Of a DNA stretch of 64,000 nt, positions 38,964 through 51,400 are shown in pieces. Made by a program: the position numbers and the translations under genes. Positions within the stretch are counted from its first letter, which is position 1. Each line of letters starts with the position of its first letter. Origin of the DNA: Schmidtea polychroa (taxonomy: Eukaryota); contig CM097885.1 of NCBI GenBank assembly GCA_044892525.1, positions 22,940,001 through 23,004,000 of the forward strand, written 5' to 3'. Under the pieces are notes generated by a model that was not told the DNA's origin, ran no database searches, and saw nothing but the letters and a program-made list of their open reading frames with translations.

Positions 38964-41900
38964 TCAACAGTTACCAACAATCGGTTACTAAATATTTTTA
39001 ACTAGGTGCTAACAAATACTTACAACATGATACCACGTACTAACTAACTCTCAAACAACCAGATACTTACAACTAACTACTAAATATTCTTCACTGTATT
39101 TTATGAAATGCTTTTAAATTAATTTTTTATCTATCTACAAAAATATATTTAATTACAATCATTAGAAAAACCTTTTCAAATTTAACAAAAATGTTGATTT
39201 TCATCAAAAAACCACAACTCATCACCACGTGGAATTCAAAATAATTACAATGAAAGACTAATGAATTCTAATTTACAAAACATTCTTCTTTTAAATGATA
39301 ACTACTGACTTATTATTGCAATGTAAAAATCGCATTCAATAAATACTTATTGTTGATCAGTTTTATTATATATACTCTGACTTTATCCGACAGGATGTTT
39401 TGACCCCCTAAGGGTACAGGTCGTAAGGGTACTAGTCGTAAGGGTATTGGTAACACTCAACCACAACCTACCCATTAACTAGTTACTAAGTACTATCAAC
39501 AAGCTATCAACCAGATACCAACTACTAACAACCACCATCAAAACCCATCGAGAAATTAACAAATATCAACCTACAACTATATAACAACAATCAATAAACA
39601 ACACTGTACCAACTACCAAATACAAGATACCAACAACTTAGTACCAACAATCAACTAACAACACATAAAAATAATAGCAATTAAATACAAAATACTCTTC
39701 ATCACATACACTATCTTCTTATCAAAATCTAAAAAGTCAACCAACTACTTACAACCAACAACTATGTACTGACAAATTGATCTTTAAAAGAAAATACTCT
39801 TCACTTGAAAAATTAGATGGAAAATTAATTGAACTCAAGGCATCAATAACTAGGTAAAAATTGATTAAATAATTGTAAAAATTTAAATTATTCGAAATAA
39901 ATATCATAAAAAATTAATTAATGGACAAGAAAGAATTCTAATCATTAATCATCCAGTAAATTAAAAAAAATACTGATCATTCAAGTTGAATCAACTAAGA
40001 TAATAAATTAATAAGATAAGATCTAGTAGATAATTGATTTAGATTGAATAAATTAATTGAAATAAAATTAATTTTAATTATTTTTTTAAATGTACTCAAA
40101 ATGATTGACTGATTGCTCAAAATATTCAAAAAAAAACAGTATGAATTCATTACCATTATCAAAGTCAGCAATCTACAATAATAATATATATCATTAAATT
40201 CCAAAAGAGACTAGATAACTAATGATAACAAACCAGTAAATTCATTTAAATGACAATAATTGGTATATCCTAGTGAATTCTCCAATAAAATCATCTAAAA
40301 AGCATCAAATTTCCCTGAAATAACTATATCTTTTAAGATTAGTATCTTATCGATAAGTACTTGTTAAAGATCATATATTCACCTCAAACTAACAAGATTC
40401 CTTAAAATCCCTTAAATGACTATATTTCTACCCTTAATTCATATTATTACAAATATCATCTAAAAAGCATCAAATTTCCCTGAAATAACTCTATCTTTAA
40501 AGATTAGTATTTTATCAATAAATATCCTTAAAAGGTTATATATTTACCTCACACTAATAAGATTGCTTAAACTCTCCTTTAAATGACTATAATTCTAACT
40601 TTAAATCCTATTATCATACATATTTCACTATTGATAAAACCAGTTATAATTAAATTTTTGTTAATCACTGTAAATTTTTGTAAATCACTGTACTTGAAAT
40701 TTAAAATAAATATAACTGACTAGGTCCCATTGAAAGATTAAATTTATCCATTCAATAAAATATATTTCTTCAAATGATCATTTTTACCAATATTCAACCG
40801 ATTTAATTACTAATTAAAATCAAGATTTCCTCCAATAAAGATCAATTTTATTTAGTCAATGTTTTAAGTCCATATTTCTCAACTTTTGTCGTTGTCCGTC
40901 TAAATAAAGACAAAAATAATTCAAAGTTGATATCAATCCCATTTATCTGTAAAGTTTTCATCGTCAAAACCAAGTAAATCGATCATTATCCTTACTTAAT
41001 AGAACATTGTTCTAAAATATAAATCTAAATTAATATACAATGAATTAATCACAACCTAATAAAACGATATAATTATTATTGATACATAACTGACTAATTG
41101 ACATTTCCCTTAAAACAATGATATTTTACCAACATCACCATTAAAAAAATCATATATTCCCATCTTAACCCATGTCTCATTAAATTTAACCGACTATATT
41201 CCCATCTTAACCCATCCTTCATTAAATTCAATCGACTATATCTCCCTTACAATGATATATTCCCACCTTATCTGATCTCTCATTAAATCTAACCGACTAT
41301 ATCCCTTTAAAAATCATATATTCCCACCTTATCCGATCTCTCATTAAATCTCACCGACAATATCCCATCTTATCCGATCTCTCAGCAAATATTTCTACCC
41401 TTTTAAACATCTATCCGATTATATCCCTTATTTTCCCTAAAGATTTCACCCACTTGAGCCCTTTAATATATATCAATCCTCTTAAAATCCTCAGAGAACT
41501 TCAAAAATATGACTTTTAATTAATTGCTATAGGAACCAGACAAATAATAAGAGCCCCCTAAAAGATCAAAATTCACTAAATTTTCTACAAATATATACCA
41601 TCAAATACTGGAGATGATATATATTGATTGATCATAATTCTTCATCGATTCAGCCAATCATTTTCAAGCGCTATCAGCAAACTAAATTTCAGTATATTCT
41701 ACAATCATTTTCAAGTAAATTTAAATTCCTTGTTAAAGTTAACTAGTTTCTTAGCTCATGTTTTTTAAAGTTCATCAATGTGTAAATATTCTTAGAAAAT
41801 TATTGAAAAAATTATTTAGTGAAATATATTACAAACTTATCATTAAAAATTTATTCTATCACTTGAAATTAATTTTTATTTAAAAACTATTCAATAAAAT

Positions 41901-44900
41901 ACCACTAATTATCAAGAAATTAATTAAATTTATCAATTAAATTTATCACCATTAAAACTTTTAATCAGTCAACATGAAATTCTTAGAAAATTGTTCAATA
42001 TCCTCATAAAAATTTATCCTATCACTTGATTATTGTACAAACTCTAATTATTAACCTCATTAAAAATAAATTTTTATTTAAAATTATCAAGAAATTAATG
42101 AAATTTATCTTAGAATTATCATTAAATTATTAAAAATTCACGAAAATGATAGATATCCACAAAAATAATAGAAAATTACAAAAATGATGGAAATTCACAA
42201 TAATGATAGAAAATTACAAAAATAATAGAAAATTACAAAAATAATGGAAATTCACAAAAACGATAAAAATTCACAAAAATGATAGAAATTTACTTGAATA
42301 TTTACTAAAACCATCAACTCTAAAAATTATCAATGAATGCCTTAAACAACAAATTTGCCTAAATAATCATTCAAATAAAAGCATTAAATGATCAGTACCC
42401 TTGTGATATGTTGAATGTGAGTAGTACCCTTGTGAGCAATACCCATAGGGGGACAGAATATTTTGTCGGATAAACTCAGAGTATATATTAATTAACTCAT
42501 TCTTCATTGAATCAGTAAAATTATCATAAATTTCGATAAAAATTCTAAAGTGGTAAGCAATGAAAAGAGAAATATTCTTTAAACTTTGATAAAATTAACA
42601 ATGAAGGTGGTAAGAATCTTCATTAAAATGAGGAAATTACTCGATGATAAATTCAAATGGGTGAAAATAATTGGTAGAATAATTCATTAATAGATCATTG
42701 AATGGGCATAGATAAGAAGAAGCTTGATAAGAATGGAAGTATATTAATTTATTTAAAATTATTTCATAAAATTCATAAATTTAATAAAAAAAAAACTTTT
42801 AAAACAAATATTTGTCTGGAATAATTAATCAAAATTGGTGGAATATAATTGATTAAATATCGAGGGTGGGGAATATAAGTGAATAATTAATGGAAAATCG
42901 GGAATCGGGGGTAATATAGGGATTAAATAGTAGAGAATAATAGTGAATATAAGTGAGGAGGATATATAATTTAAGCTAGTTTATTACATAACAAGCCGTG
43001 ACTAGTTTATTACATAACAAGCCGCAACTAATTTATTACATAACAAGCTGTGAATGGTTTTTGAATAAGAAATATGGAATAGGTCTTATTTTTTTAAATT
43101 TTTGACTAAAATAAATTCTAAAATAATAACTAATTAACACTAAAATGTTTTAATTTANNNNNNNNNNNNNNNNNNNNNNNNNNNNNNNNNNNNNNNNNNN
43201 NNNNNNNNNNNNNNNNNNNNNNNNNNNNNNNNNNNNNNNNNNNNNNNNNNNNNNNNNNNNNNNNNNNNNNNNNNNNNNNNNNNNNNNNNNNNNNNNNNNN
43301 NNNNNNNNNNNNNNNNNNNNNNNNNNNNNNNNTAAGTTGAATATTCAAATATATATCTTAGAAAATACAATCAAAATTAAATTTTAAAAATATAAATTTT
43401 ATAAGTTTTTCAAATTCTCGAATAATGTAAATAATAATTTAATTTTTACCGGGTATAGACTTAAACTTATTGACGGAATTATGTAATAGAAATAAAAAGT
43501 TACTTAGGTTATTTTTTTTTCAAAATTATGACTAAGTCCTTTAATATTGTAATAATAGCTATTTATTAATAAATTTATTATTTTACGTTAAATATTTCAA
43601 AAACAATTATCATATTATTATATTACCCTTTTTAATCAAAATAAGATAACTATTCAAATAGATGATTTTTATAAATTACAATAAAAATTAAATACTTTTA
43701 CACTAAATTTAAAAATATAAATTTTATAAGTAAATGTAAATAAGAAATTAGTGTATTATCAGTTATATACTTTTTAAACTTATTGATTAGATATTAAAAG
43801 TTACTCTTTTTTTCATAAGGTCTTTTAATATTGTATTCTATTTATTATTAAATTTACTATTTTACACTAAAATATTTAGAAAACAATCATCATAATATTA
43901 AATATGAAACTTCAATCAAAATTAGCTAATACTCGAATATATATCTTATAAAATACAATCAAAATTAAATACTTCACAAATTTTAAGTAAAGTTTTTTAA
44001 ATTCTCAAATAAATGTTAACAAGATATTAATTTAATAATCATTATATACTTTTTAAACTTATTATTGGAATAAAACAATAGAATGATATTGAAAATATAT
44101 ACAATTTTAAAATATAATTAAAATTAAATTACATACTTTAAAAATTTAGTAAAATGTTGGTAAAATACCATTCACAGCTTGTTATGTAATAAATTAGTTA
44201 CGGCTTGTTATGTAATAAACTAGTCACGGCTTGTTATGTAATAAACTAGCTTAAATTATATATCCTCCTCACTTATATTCACTATTATTCTCTACTATTT
44301 AATCCCTATATTACCCCCGATTCCCGATTTTCCATTAATTATTCACTTATATTCCCCACCCTCGATATTTAATCAATTATATTCCACCAATTTTGATTAA
44401 TTATTCCTCACAAATATTTGTTTTTTTATTAAATTTATGAATTTTATGAAATAATTTTAAATAAATTAATATACTTCCATTCTTATCAAGCTTCTTCTTA
44501 TCTATGCCCATTCAATGATCCATTAATGAATTATTCTACCAATTATTTTCACCCATTTGAATTTATCATCGAGTAATTTCCTCATTTTAATGAAGATTCT
44601 TACCACCTTCATTGTTAATTTTATCAAAGTTTAAAGAATATTTCTCTTTTCATTGCTTACCACTTTAGAATTTTTATCGAAATTTATGATAATTTTACTG
44701 ATTCAATGAAGAATGAGTTAATTAATATATACTCTGAGTTTATCCGACAAAATATTCTGTCCCCCTATGGGTATTGCTCACAAGGGTACTACTCACATTC
44801 AACATGTCGCAAGGGTACTTTTAATACTTTTATTTGAATGGTTATTTAGGCAAATTTGTTGTTTAAGGTATTGATAATTTTTAGAGTTGATGGTTTTATT

Positions 44901-47900
44901 CAAGTAAATTTCTATCATTTTTATGAATTTTTATCGTTTTTTTGTGAATTTCCATCAATTTTTGTAATTTTCTATCATTTTTGTGCTTTTCTATCTATTT
45001 TGTGGATTTCCATCATTTTCATGAATTTCCATAATTTTTTGTGAATATCAATAATTTTTGTGGATTTCTATCATTTTTGTGAATTTTTATCGTTTCTTGG
45101 TGAATTTCTATTATTTTTGTAGATTTCTAACATTTTTGCAAATTTCATGTTTATTGGATGAATATTTAATAATTTAAAGTTAGTTCTAAGATAAATTTAA
45201 TTAATTTCTTGATAATTGGATGTATTTTTAATTTTAAATAAAAATTATTTTTAATGAGGTAAATAATTAGAGTTTGTACAATACTCAAGTGGTAGGATAA
45301 ATTTTTATGAGGATATTGAATAATTTTCTAAGAATTTCATGTTGACTGATAAATTTAATTAATTTCTTGATAATTAGTTGTATTTTATTGAATAGTTTTT
45401 AAATAAAAATTAATTTCATTGACAATTAGGTTAATAATTAAGTGATTTTTGATGATAACTTTGTAATGTATTTGACTAAATAATTTTTCAATAATTTTCT
45501 AAGAATATTTACACATTGATGCACTTTAAAAAACATAAGCTAAGAAACCAACTTTATCAATGACTTTAAATTTACTTGATAGTTATTGTAGGATATACAG
45601 AAATTTAGTTTGCTGTTATTGCTTGAAAATGATTGGTTGAATCGATGAAGAATTATGATCAATCAATATATATCATCTCCAGTATTTGATGGTAAATATT
45701 TGTAGAAAATATTGATTTTTGATCTTTTAGTGAACTCTTACTACATAGCTACTAAATTATTTCAATGGAAGAATATTTGGTGTCTATAACAATTAAGTCA
45801 TATTTTTGAAGTTCTTTAAAGATTTTAAGACTGAATTGAATTAAAGGAGGATTCAAGTGGGTAGAATTGAAGGATATATTCGGTTAGATGTTTAAAGAGG
45901 TAGAAATATTTGCTGAGAGATCGATTAAGATGGGATATTGTCGGTGAGATTTAATGAGGGATCGGATAAGGTGGGAATATATGATTTTTAAAGGGATATA
46001 GTCGGTTAGATTTAATGAGAGATCAGATAAGGTGGGAATATATCATTGTAAGGGAGATATAGTCGATTGAATTTAATGAAGGATGGGTTAAGATGGGAAT
46101 ATAGTCGGTTAAATTTAATGAGACATGGGTTAAGATGGGAATATATGATTTTTTTAATGGTGATGTTGGTAAAATATCATTGTTTTAAGGGAAATGTCAA
46201 TTAGTCAGTTATGTATCAATAATAATTATATCGTTTTATTAGGTTGTGATTAATTCATTGTATATTAATTTAGATTTATATTTTAGAACAATGTTCTATT
46301 AAGTAAGGATAATGATCGATTTACTTGGTTTTGACGATGAAAACTTTACAGATAAATAAGATTGATATCAACTTTGAATTATTTTTATCTTTATTTAGAC
46401 GGAGAATGACAAAAGTTGAGAAATATGGACTTAAAACATTGACTAAATAAAATTGATCTTTATTGGAGGAAATCTTGATTTTAATTAGTAATTAAATCGG
46501 TTGAATATTGGTAAAAATGATCATTTGAAGAAATATATTTTATTGAATGGATAAATTTAATCTTTCAATGGGACCTAGTCAGTTATATTGTAGTAATATT
46601 TATTTAAAATATCGAGTACAGTGATTAACAAAAAATTAATTATAACCAGTTTTATCATTAGATTTTATAAATTATTTAGGGTTAATGATTTTACATGTTT
46701 TATAGGGAAATATTTGTGATAATACGAATTAAAGTTAGATTTATAGTCATTTAAAGGGGATTTTAAGGAATCTTATTAGTCTGAGGGGAATATATGATCC
46801 TTTACGGGTACTTATCATTAAAATATCAATCTTAAAAGATAGAGTTATTTCAATGAAATTTGATGCTTTTTAGATGATTTTAGTGAAATATTTGTAATAA
46901 TATGAATTAAGGGTAGAAATATAGTCATTTAAGGGATTTTAAGGAATCTTGTTAGTTTGAGGTGAATATATGATCTTTAACAAGTACTTATCGATAAGAT
47001 ACTAATCTTAAAAGATATAGATATTTCAGGGAAATTTGATGTTTTTTAGATGATTTTATTAGAGAATTCACTTGGATATACCAATTATTGTCATTTAAAT
47101 GAATTTACTGGTTTGTTAGATGTTATCATTAGTTATCTAGTCTCTTTTGTAATTTAATGATAATTATTTTTATTGTAGATTGCTGACTTTGATAATTGTA
47201 ATGAATTTATACTGATTTTTTGAATATATTGAGAAATCAGTCAATCAATTTGAGTACATGTATTACTTTTACAAAAATAATTAAAATTAATTTTATTTAA
47301 ATTAATTTATTCAATCTAAATCAATTATCTACTAGATCTTATCTTATTAATTTATTATCTTAGTTGATTCAACTTGAATGATCAATATTTTTTTTATTTA
47401 CTGGATGACTAGAATTTTTTCCTGTCCATTAATTAAATTTTTATGATATTTATTTTGAATATTTTAAATTTTTACAATTATTTAATCAATTTTTACCAAG
47501 TTATTGATGCCTTGAGTTCAAATAATTTTTCATCCAATTTTTCAAGTGAAGAGTATTTGCTTTTAAAGATCAATTTGTCAGTACATAGTTGTTGGTTGTA
47601 AGTAGTTTGTTGACCTTTTAGATTTTGATAAGAAGATAGTGTATGCGATGAAGAATATTTTGTATTTAATTGCTATTATTTTTATGTGATGTTAGTTGAT
47701 TGTTGGTACTAAGTTGTTGGTATCTTGTATTTGGTAGTTGGTACAGTGTTGTTTACTGATTGTTGTTATATAGTTGTAGGTTGATATTTGTTAATTTCTC
47801 GATGGGTTTTGATGGTGGTTGTTAGTAGTTGGTATCTGGTTGATAGCTTGTTGATAGTACTTAGTAGCTAGTTAATGGGTAGGTTGTGGTTAAGTGTTAC

Positions 47901-48418
47901 CAATACCCCTACGACTAGTACCTTTACGACCAGTACCCTTACGACCAGTACCCTTACGACCTGTACCCTTAGGGGGTCAAAACATCCTGTCGGATAAACT
48001 CAGAGTATATATAATAAAACTGATCAACAATAAGTATTTATTGAATGCGATTTTTACTTTGCAATAATAAGTCAGTAGTTATCATTTAAAAGAAGAATGT
48101 TTTGTAAATTAGAATTCATTAGTCTTTCATTGTAATTATTTTGAATTCCACGTGGTGATGAGTTGTGGTTTTTTGATGAAAATCAACATTTTTGTTAAAT
48201 TTGAAAAGGTTTTTCTAATGATTGTAATTAAATATATTTTTGAAGATAGATAAAAAATTAATTTAAAAAGCATTTCATAAAATACAGTGAAGAATATTTA
48301 GTAGTTAGTTGTAAGTATCTGGTTGTTTGAGAGTTAGTTAGTACGTGGTATCTAGTTGTAAGTATTTGTTAGCACCTAGTTAAAAAATAATCAGTAACCG
48401 ATTATTGGTAACTGTTGA

Positions 48419-48457
<39 letters not shown>

Positions 48458-51400
48458 TCATTAAAATTTTCATTAAAAATTACATTTCTCAAAAAAGTTG
48501 GTGGTTATTCAATCTTTTGATAATAAAATTAAAAATCTTACTTTAATTTACTCATTTAGCTTTAATTTAAAATTTGAACCATTGGATACTTAATTTTAAA
48601 TTTTGAACCTTAATTTACTTATTTAAAATTTTTAACTTTAATTTACCTAATTATTCTTTATTTCTTAATTTTACACCATAATTTACTTAACAACTAAATA
48701 TAATCCTTATTTTCATATTTAACCTATAATTTCATGTGGTCATCTGGTTGTAAGTGTTTGGTATCTAGTTGACAGTGCTTAGTACTTGGTATCTAGTTGT
48801 TAGTAGTTGGTTGACAGTGCTTAGTACTAGGTAAGTTACTTGGTTGTTAGTACTTGGTTGTTAGTTGGTTGTAGGTACTTAGTAGTTGGTTAATAATGCT
48901 TAGTACTTGGTAGGTGGTTGTTTTTGGTTGTAGGTACTTAGTAGTTGATTAATAATGCTTAGTACTTGGTAGGTGGTTGTTAGTTGGTTGTAGGTACTTA
49001 GTAGGTACTCTAGTTGGTTGATAATGCTTAGTACCTGGTTGATGTTGGTTGATAGTACTTGGTATCTAGTTGTAAGTATTTGGTATCAGGTAACTGGTTG
49101 TTAGTATCTAGTTGTAGGTTGTAGGTACTTAGTAGTTAGTTGATGATGCTTAGTACCTGGTTGATGTTGGTTGTTAGTACTTGGTATCTAGTACCTAGTT
49201 GGTTGGTTGTTAGTAACTAGTTGTAAGTACTTGGTAGCAGGTAACTAGTTGTTAGTAACTAGTTGTAGGTTGTAGGTACTTGGTAGCAGGTAACTGGTTG
49301 TTAGTAACTAGTTGTTTGAGAGTTAGTTAGTACGTGGTATCTACTTGTAAGTGTTTGGTATCTAGTTGACAGTGCTTAGTACTTGGTATCTTGTTGTAAG
49401 TACTTGGTAGCAGGTAACTGGTTGTTAGTAACTAGTTGTAAGTACTTGGTAGCAGGTAACTGGTTGTTAGTAACTAGTTGTAAGTACTAGGTAGCAGGTA
49501 ACTGATTGTTAGTAACTAGTTGTAAGTACTTGGTATCTGGTAACATATTGTTAGTATCTAGTTGTAGGTACTTGGTATCAGGTAACTGGTTGTTAGTAAC
49601 TAGTTGTAGGTATCTGGTTGTTAATACATGTTCGTAAGTTACTGGTTGTTGGTACTAAGTTGTTGGTTTGTTGTTGAATTATTATTAAAATTTGTCTTTG
49701 AAAAATATTTCATAAAAATTTCCACTAAAAATTACCATTGAAAAATAATTCATAAAAATTTCCATTAAAAATTACCATTGAAAAATATTTCATAAAAATT
49801 TCTATTAAAAATTATTTAAAAATTATTTCATAAAAATTTCCATTAAAAAATTTCAATTCTCAAACACCTTCAACTTTTTGTAAATAAATTTTTAAAATCT
49901 TACTTTAATTTACTTATTTAAAATTTTTTACCATTGATTACTTAATTTAAAAATTATTACTTTAATTTACTTATTTAAAATTTTTTACCATTGATTACTT
50001 AATTTTAAAATTTAGACCTTAATTTACTTTATTTTAATTTTTTAGAACCTTAATTTACTTTAATTTAATTTTTAGAACCATTATTTACTTTAATTTAAAA
50101 ATTTGGACCTTAATTAACTTTAATTTGAAAAATTTGAGCCATTATTTACTTTAATTGAAAAATCTGAGCCCATTAATTACTTTAATTCGAAAATATGAAC
50201 CTTAATTTAATTTTTTAGGACCATAATTAACTTTAATTTAATTTTTTAGGACCATTATTTACTTTAATTTAAAATTTTGAACCTTAATTTAGTTATTTGA
50301 GCCCATTCATTACTTTAATTGAAAAATCTAAGCCCATAATTTACTTTAATTCAAAAATTTGGACCATAATTTACTTTAATTTAATTTTTAGACCATAATT
50401 TACTGTAATTTAATTTTTTTTTAGACCATAATTTACTGTAATATAATTTTTTAGAACCATAATTTACTGTAATTTAATTTTTTAGGACCATAATTACCTT
50501 ATTTGAAAAATTTGAACCATAATTTACTTTAATTGATAAATTTGGACCATAATTTACTGTAATTTAAAAATTTACCACGTTTTTTAGTGTAGACCACCTT
50601 TTTCTCAGGACCAAGGAGACCCACTTAATTTAATTCGAAAAATCCATGCTTTTTTATTGATAGTCGGATTTTTGTATTGAAAATATCCTGAGACCTTAAA
50701 TTACCATGCTTTTTTAGTGTAGACCAGCTTTTTATATTGAAAAATTTTTTTTTGTATTGAAAATCCCAGGACCAAGGAGACCCACCTGAATTGACCTAGA
50801 AAAATCCATGCTTTTATAGTGGTAGTCGGATTTTTGTATTGAAAATCCCAGGACCATCGAGACCCCCGCACTATAGTCTGAAAATTCTATGCTTTTTTAG
50901 TGGTAGTCGGATTTTTGTATTGAAAATCCCAGGACCATCGAGACCCCCTCACTATAGTCTGAAAAATTGCGTAATCAAAAGTTGCAGCAAAAAAATTACG
51001 GCAGCAGAACCCCCCTCCAGTCATCAAACAACAGAAAATTTTGAACCAGCATTAGTTTGTTTTCATTGCTTCAAATGTTTTGATTTATATATATTTTTCA
51101 TATTTAAAAGATCAAAAATTCAAAAATATTGATGTTAAAAATAAATTTTTCTCTATAATCATCAAATAATTATAAAATCGGGAAAATTACAAAAACATAT
51201 CTGTTTTAACTTATCAACATTTCAAATTTGAATAATTTTGTATGATTGCATGAAATTGATAGGCTGCCATCTAAAGGTATAATTTATTTTTCAGCAATGA
51301 TCAAAATGGCCGGAGTATCAAACAATATATTGCTCAATAAGATCCTAAATGATTGTAACATTAACACTCGAATAAATAAAAAAAATCATTTACATTATTT

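Larger units (their letters stand above)
35383..51007. mobile_element. ~15.6 kb foldback (FB-like) element: left arm 35383-~43060, loop ~43060-44163, right arm ~44163-51007
   Basis: Outer ends CTGCTGCCGTAATTTTTTTGCTGCAACTTTTGATTACGC (35383) and its reverse complement ending at 51007. Inner ends ...ACAAGCTGTGAATGG / CCATTCACAGCTTGT. All modules between them are mirrored in order but differ in copy number. Flanks acccccccc / aacccccct may be a decayed 9-bp TSD. Confidence 0.85.

Noticed and set aside
40090-40175. Peptide [10 protein letters not shown] on the minus strand of the nested element, resembling the integrase/IS30 DNGxEF motif
   Set aside because: Isolated short match with stops on both sides, not conserved in the mirror copy (reads DNCNEF), and no other integrase motifs nearby.
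35383-51007. Interpretation as a Polinton/Maverick (similar size, TIRs) or as a pure assembly chimera
   Set aside because: No polB, integrase, ATPase or capsid ORFs, and the arms make up more than 90% of the element. A simple chimera is disfavoured because the arms differ in sequence and repeat number and the flanking host exons are collinear; long reads are still needed.
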